From Solirubrobacteraceae bacterium (GTDB lineage Bacteria > Actinomycetota > Thermoleophilia > Solirubrobacterales > Solirubrobacteraceae), in NCBI GenBank assembly GCA_030447785.1, contig JAUJOF010000003.1, positions 90,572-154,571 of the forward strand: 64,000 nt of DNA, read 5' to 3'. Made by a program: the position numbers and the translations under genes. A model generated the notes under the pieces. It was given only the letters and a program-made list of their open reading frames with translations. It searched no databases and was not told the DNA's origin. Shown piece after piece: positions 59,877 to 64,000 of this stretch. Every line of letters begins with the position of its first letter. Positions within the stretch are counted from its first letter, which is position 1.

Positions 59877-60988
59877 GCGACGTCGCTGAGATCACCCTGG
59901 ACCGCGCGACGATCGCCGCGGTCGACTCCCGCGATCTGCTGACCGATGTGCTGGCCCTACCCGAGCACCTGCGCGACGCGCTGTGGAAGGTCGAGTCCGC
60001 ACAGCTGCGCTCGCAGGAGAGCCCGGGCGGGTTGGTCGTCGCCGGCATGGGTGGCTCGGCCATCGGCGGAGCGCTCGCCCGCGCCGCCCTGGGCGACCAG
60101 GCCTCGCGGCCGGTGCTGAGCACCCGGGGCTACGGCCTCCCGGCGTGGACCACCCCCGACACCACGGTGCTGTGCGCCTCCTACTCGGGCGAGACCGAGG
60201 AGACCCTGGCCTGCTACGAGGCCGCGGGTGCGCTGGGCGCCCGGCGGGTGGTGGTGAGCACCGGCGGGCGGCTGGGCGAGATGGCGCGCGCCGACGGCGT
60301 CCCCGTCATCCCGGTGGCCGGCGGCCTTCACCCCCGGTCCGCCGTGGCCTACATGACCGTCGCCGCCCTCGAGGTGGCCGCCCTGTGCGGCGCGGGACCG
60401 CGCATGGGCTCGGAGATCGACGTGGCCGCCGAGCACCTCGAGCAGCTCGTCGAGGAGTGGGGTCCCGAGGGCGCCGAGGACGGCGAGGCCAAGCGCCTGG
60501 CCCGTGCGCTGCACGGCACGATCCCCCAGATCGCGGGCGCGGGCGCGACCGCGCCGGTCGCCTACCGCTGGAAGACGCAGATCAACGAGAACGCGAAGGT
60601 CCCCGCCTTCGCCGGGGAGCTGCCCGAGCTGGACCACAACGAGCTGGTGGGCTGGGTGGGCGCCGACGGCCTGGGGCGCTTCGCCGCGGTATTCCTGGAC
60701 GACGCCGACACCCACCCGCGCGTCAAGGCGCGCATCGAGATGACCCGGGACATGGTGGCCGGCGGGGCGACCGGCACCTACGTGGCGCAGTCGCGCGGAC
60801 GGACGACGATCGAGCGCCTGCTGTCCCTCGTGCTGCTGGGCGACCTGGTGTCGCTGTACCTGGCCGTGCTGGGCGGCACCGACCCCGGGCCCGTGGAGGT
60901 CATCGAGAGGATCAAGGAGGTCCTGGGCGCAGGTGGGCATGCTCGCGGGGTTGCCGGCCATCCCCCCGGGGCAGCGCAGTCCCCATGA
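59873..60988 (+). CDS. bifunctional phosphoglucose/phosphomannose isomerase (SIS domain)
   Basis: Contains VVAGMGGSAIGG, SYSGETEET, RWKTQINENAK and ELDHNE. There is a 4-nt overlap with the previous gene. Confidence 0.8.
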   Translation: MSDVAEITLDRATIAAVDSRDLLTDVLALPEHLRDALWKVESAQLRSQESPGGLVVAGMGGSAIGGALARAALGDQASRPVLSTRGYGLPAWTTPDTTVLCASYSGETEETLACYEAAGALGARRVVVSTGGRLGEMARADGVPVIPVAGGLHPRSAVAYMTVAALEVAALCGAGPRMGSEIDVAAEHLEQLVEEWGPEGAEDGEAKRLARALHGTIPQIAGAGATAPVAYRWKTQINENAKVPAFAGELPELDHNELVGWVGADGLGRFAAVFLDDADTHPRVKARIEMTRDMVAGGATGTYVAQSRGRTTIERLLSLVLLGDLVSLYLAVLGGTDPGPVEVIERIKEVLGAGGHARGVAGHPPGAAQSP

Positions 60989-61128
60989 ATCCCCTGCGAG
61001 CTCCGTTCGCCGTCGGCGCCTTCTTCGTTCGCCAGGTCGGTGGCGTCGGCGCCCAGCTGCTGCGCGCGGTCGTCGATCGCGGTCATCCGGGTCACGACCG
61101 CTCCCGCCCCGACGACAGGCTGAGCGCC

Positions 61129-61428
61129 ATGCCATCGGCCCCGCCGCCGGCGCCTCCTGGCCCTCCCACCGCGCCGCCGTCCGCTGCACCTCCCGCTCCG
61201 GCACCGCCCCAGCCCCCGGCCGCGCGCGTGGCGGAGGTCGGCGACCCGGCCGAGCCGGGGCCCGAGGTTCACGTCGAAGGCGAACCGTGGCCGGGCTACG
61301 AGGCGCTGCGGGCGCCGGAGATCATCGCCCGACTGCGGGAGTCCGACGCGTCGACCCGCGCAGTCGTGCGCGTGTACGAGCAGCTACACAAGCAGCGCAA
61401 GACGGTCCTGAAGGCCGCCGAGCGCTGA
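61129..61428 (+). CDS. hypothetical protein with Pro-rich N-terminus
   Basis: ATG at 61129 within ORF 59983-61428. The C-terminal 45 aa are helical and conserved-looking (WPGYEALRAPEIIARLRE...VRVYEQLHKQRKTVLKAAER). No function is assignable. Confidence 0.4.
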   Translation: MPSAPPPAPPGPPTAPPSAAPPAPAPPQPPAARVAEVGDPAEPGPEVHVEGEPWPGYEALRAPEIIARLRESDASTRAVVRVYEQLHKQRKTVLKAAER

Positions 61429-61484
61429 GGGTGCGCGCCGGGGCGCCGGGGTCGCCGGCTCCGGCCAGAACCTTGACACGATCG

Positions 61485-61493
61485 TGGTAAGGT
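61485..61493 (+). promoter_or_regulatory. extended -10-like element for a leaderless merR-ahcY transcript
   Basis: TGGTAAGGT (TGnTAnnnT) ends 8 nt before the GTG at 61502. There is no SD. Confidence 0.35.
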
Positions 61494-61501
61494 CCTGCGG
61501 G

Positions 61502-61878
61502 GTGGACGCGCTGACCATCAACGAGGCGGCGGACACGACCGGATGGTCGGCCCGCATGCTGCGCTACATCGAGCGCATCGGCCTCGTCGAGGCCCCGCGC
61601 TCGGGCTCGGGCTACCGCCTCTACGGACCGGCCGAGCTGCAGCGGCTGCGCACCCTGCGGGAGCTGCTCGAGCGCCACGACGTAGGCCTCGGTGAGATCG
61701 GCTTCGCGCTTCGCCTGCGCCGCGACCGGCAGCTGCACGACGCGGTGGAGGCGTGGTTCGAGGCGCAGCCCGAGCGTCCCGAGCACGTCCCGGCGGCCGA
61801 CTGGCTGAACTGGGAGCAGGACAAGCACGAGCGCCTGCTGGCCGCCGCCGGCCGTACCCCCGACCTGATGGAGACCCG

Positions 61879-61882
<4 letters not shown>
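61502..61882 (+). CDS. MerR-family transcriptional regulator
   Basis: [43 protein letters not shown]. Its stop overlaps the ahcY start (ATGA at 61879-61882). Confidence 0.8.
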
Positions 61883-63343
<1,461 letters not shown>

Positions 63344-63365
63344 GTTCGAGCGGGCCTCCTCGACA

Positions 63366-63433
63366 CCGCTGCCTGTGTCCTCGGGGCTGGGCCGTGCGGC
63401 CGCACTGTCCCAGCCCCGACTCCTCGGCAGCGG
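63366..63433 (+). terminator. long compound hairpin between the two ahcY genes
   Basis: Outer stem CCGCTGCC/GGCAGCGG. Inner stem GGGGCTGGG/CCCAGCCCC, enclosing the palindrome GTGCGGCCGCAC. It starts 23 nt after the ahcY stop and has no U-tract. Confidence 0.35.
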
Positions 63434-63471
63434 CGCCGATAGGCGCGCTCGCGACCTAGTAGCACCGCTCC

Positions 63472-64000
63472 GTGGGCTCGGTCATCGCTGATGCGTCGCT
63501 GGCTCCCGCGGGGCGCGACCGGATCGCGTGGGCCGATGCGCAGATGCCGGTCCTGATCTCGGTCGGTGAGCGCTTTGCGCGCGAGCGTCCCTTCGAGGGC
63601 CTGCGCGTCGCCGCGTGCCTGCACGTCACCGCCGAGACGGCGGGGCTCATGCGCGTGCTCGTGGCGGGCGGGGCGCAGGTCGCCCTGTGTGCCGCGAACC
63701 CGCTGGCCACCCAGGACGCGGTGGCCGCGGCGCTGGTCGCCGACGACGGCGTGGAGGTCCGCGCGCGCCGCGGCGAGGACGGGGCGGCCTACCGGGCGCA
63801 CATCGACGCGCTGGTGGCCGCCGGCCCGCACCTGGCGCTCGACGACGGCGCCGAGCTGATCGGCGGCCTGCATGCCGGCGAGGACACCGGCCAGGTCCTG
63901 GGCGCCACCGAGGAGACCACCACGGGTCTCGTGCGCCTGCGGGCACTGGCCGCCCAGGACGGCCTGCCCTGCCCGGTCGTGGCCGTCAACGAGGCCCGTG
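63472..64000 (+). CDS. adenosylhomocysteinase, short (archaeal-like) type, 5' part (runs off the window)
   Basis: The GTG at 63472 opens a stop-free frame to the window end: IADASLAPAGRDRIAWADAQMPVLI..RPFEGLRVAACLHVTAETAGLMRVL..GAQVALCAANPLATQDAVAAAL..LDDGAEL..GATEETTTGLVRL. It is absent from the ORF track because there is no stop in the window. Confidence 0.8.
   Translation, partial: MGSVIADASLAPAGRDRIAWADAQMPVLISVGERFARERPFEGLRVAACLHVTAETAGLMRVLVAGGAQVALCAANPLATQDAVAAALVADDGVEVRARRGEDGAAYRAHIDALVAAGPHLALDDGAELIGGLHAGEDTGQVLGATEETTTGLVRLRALAAQDGLPCPVVAVNEAR

Noticed and set aside
60778-61272. Minus-strand ORF whose first ~30 residues (MTAIDDRAQQLGADATDLANEEGADGE..) look protein-like, in the PMI / hypothetical-gene spacer.
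   Set aside because: Most of it overlaps the 3' end of the PGI/PMI gene with shadow-type composition. I could not define a credible stop for a short version, so it is left unannotated.
63344-63471. SAH riboswitch ahead of the second adenosylhomocysteinase.
   Set aside because: The spacer forms a long hairpin. However, the SAH-riboswitch boxes (CCGAGGAGCGCUGC ... AGGCUCGG...ACGGCGCUC) and their complementarity are not present, because both arms carry CCUCGG in the same sense.

Overview
This is a very GC-rich actinobacterial-type chromosome segment. Third codon positions are almost all G/C, and long Arg/Ala/Pro/Gly-rich shadow ORFs cover both strands. Gene content resembles Thermoleophilia/Rubrobacteria-like Actinomycetota, but that is inference only. 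The backbone is housekeeping: the complete F1Fo ATP synthase operon (atpI-like, atpBEFHAGDC, 42.8-50.2 kb), rpmE-DUF1385-prfA-prmC-tsaC, glyA, pepA, a thiolase, MeaB, a B12-binding subunit, etfBA plus ETF-QO, and two different adenosylhomocysteinases. Two cell-envelope blocks are present. Block 1 (26-39 kb) holds a WecA/MraY-family initiating transferase in two copies, two SDR epimerases, a TIM-barrel/CapD fusion, GT4, DAG-kinase-like, PAP2, cdsA, pgsA and DUF354. Block 2 (54-61 kb) holds two tandem LCP ligases, ugd, an NDP-hexose pyrophosphorylase and PGI/PMI. Accessory or regulatory items are vapBC, a c-di-AMP (ydaO-class) riboswitch ahead of an Rpf-like muralytic gene, TetR-MMPL, and two MerR genes. 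The most unusual structure is a diverged head-to-tail segmental duplication (period about 2.46 kb, 25.35-30.36 kb). It runs from the glyA 3' end to the epimerase 5' end. Each unit carries different cargo (a lipoprotein versus a less GC-rich small-ORF + nucleotidyltransferase cassette). It also contains a 180-nt inverted gene fragment and a hairpin-forming intergenic repeat that has a third copy at 13.6 kb. Caveat: many conserved genes are interrupted by single-base frame changes, including essential atpA and ahcY, and the changes are extremely dense across 13.98-17.6 kb. This looks more like indel error or low-quality sequence than real decay, so every pseudogene label here means 'apparent, as read'. 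I found no rRNA, tRNA, CRISPR array, transposase or integrase.
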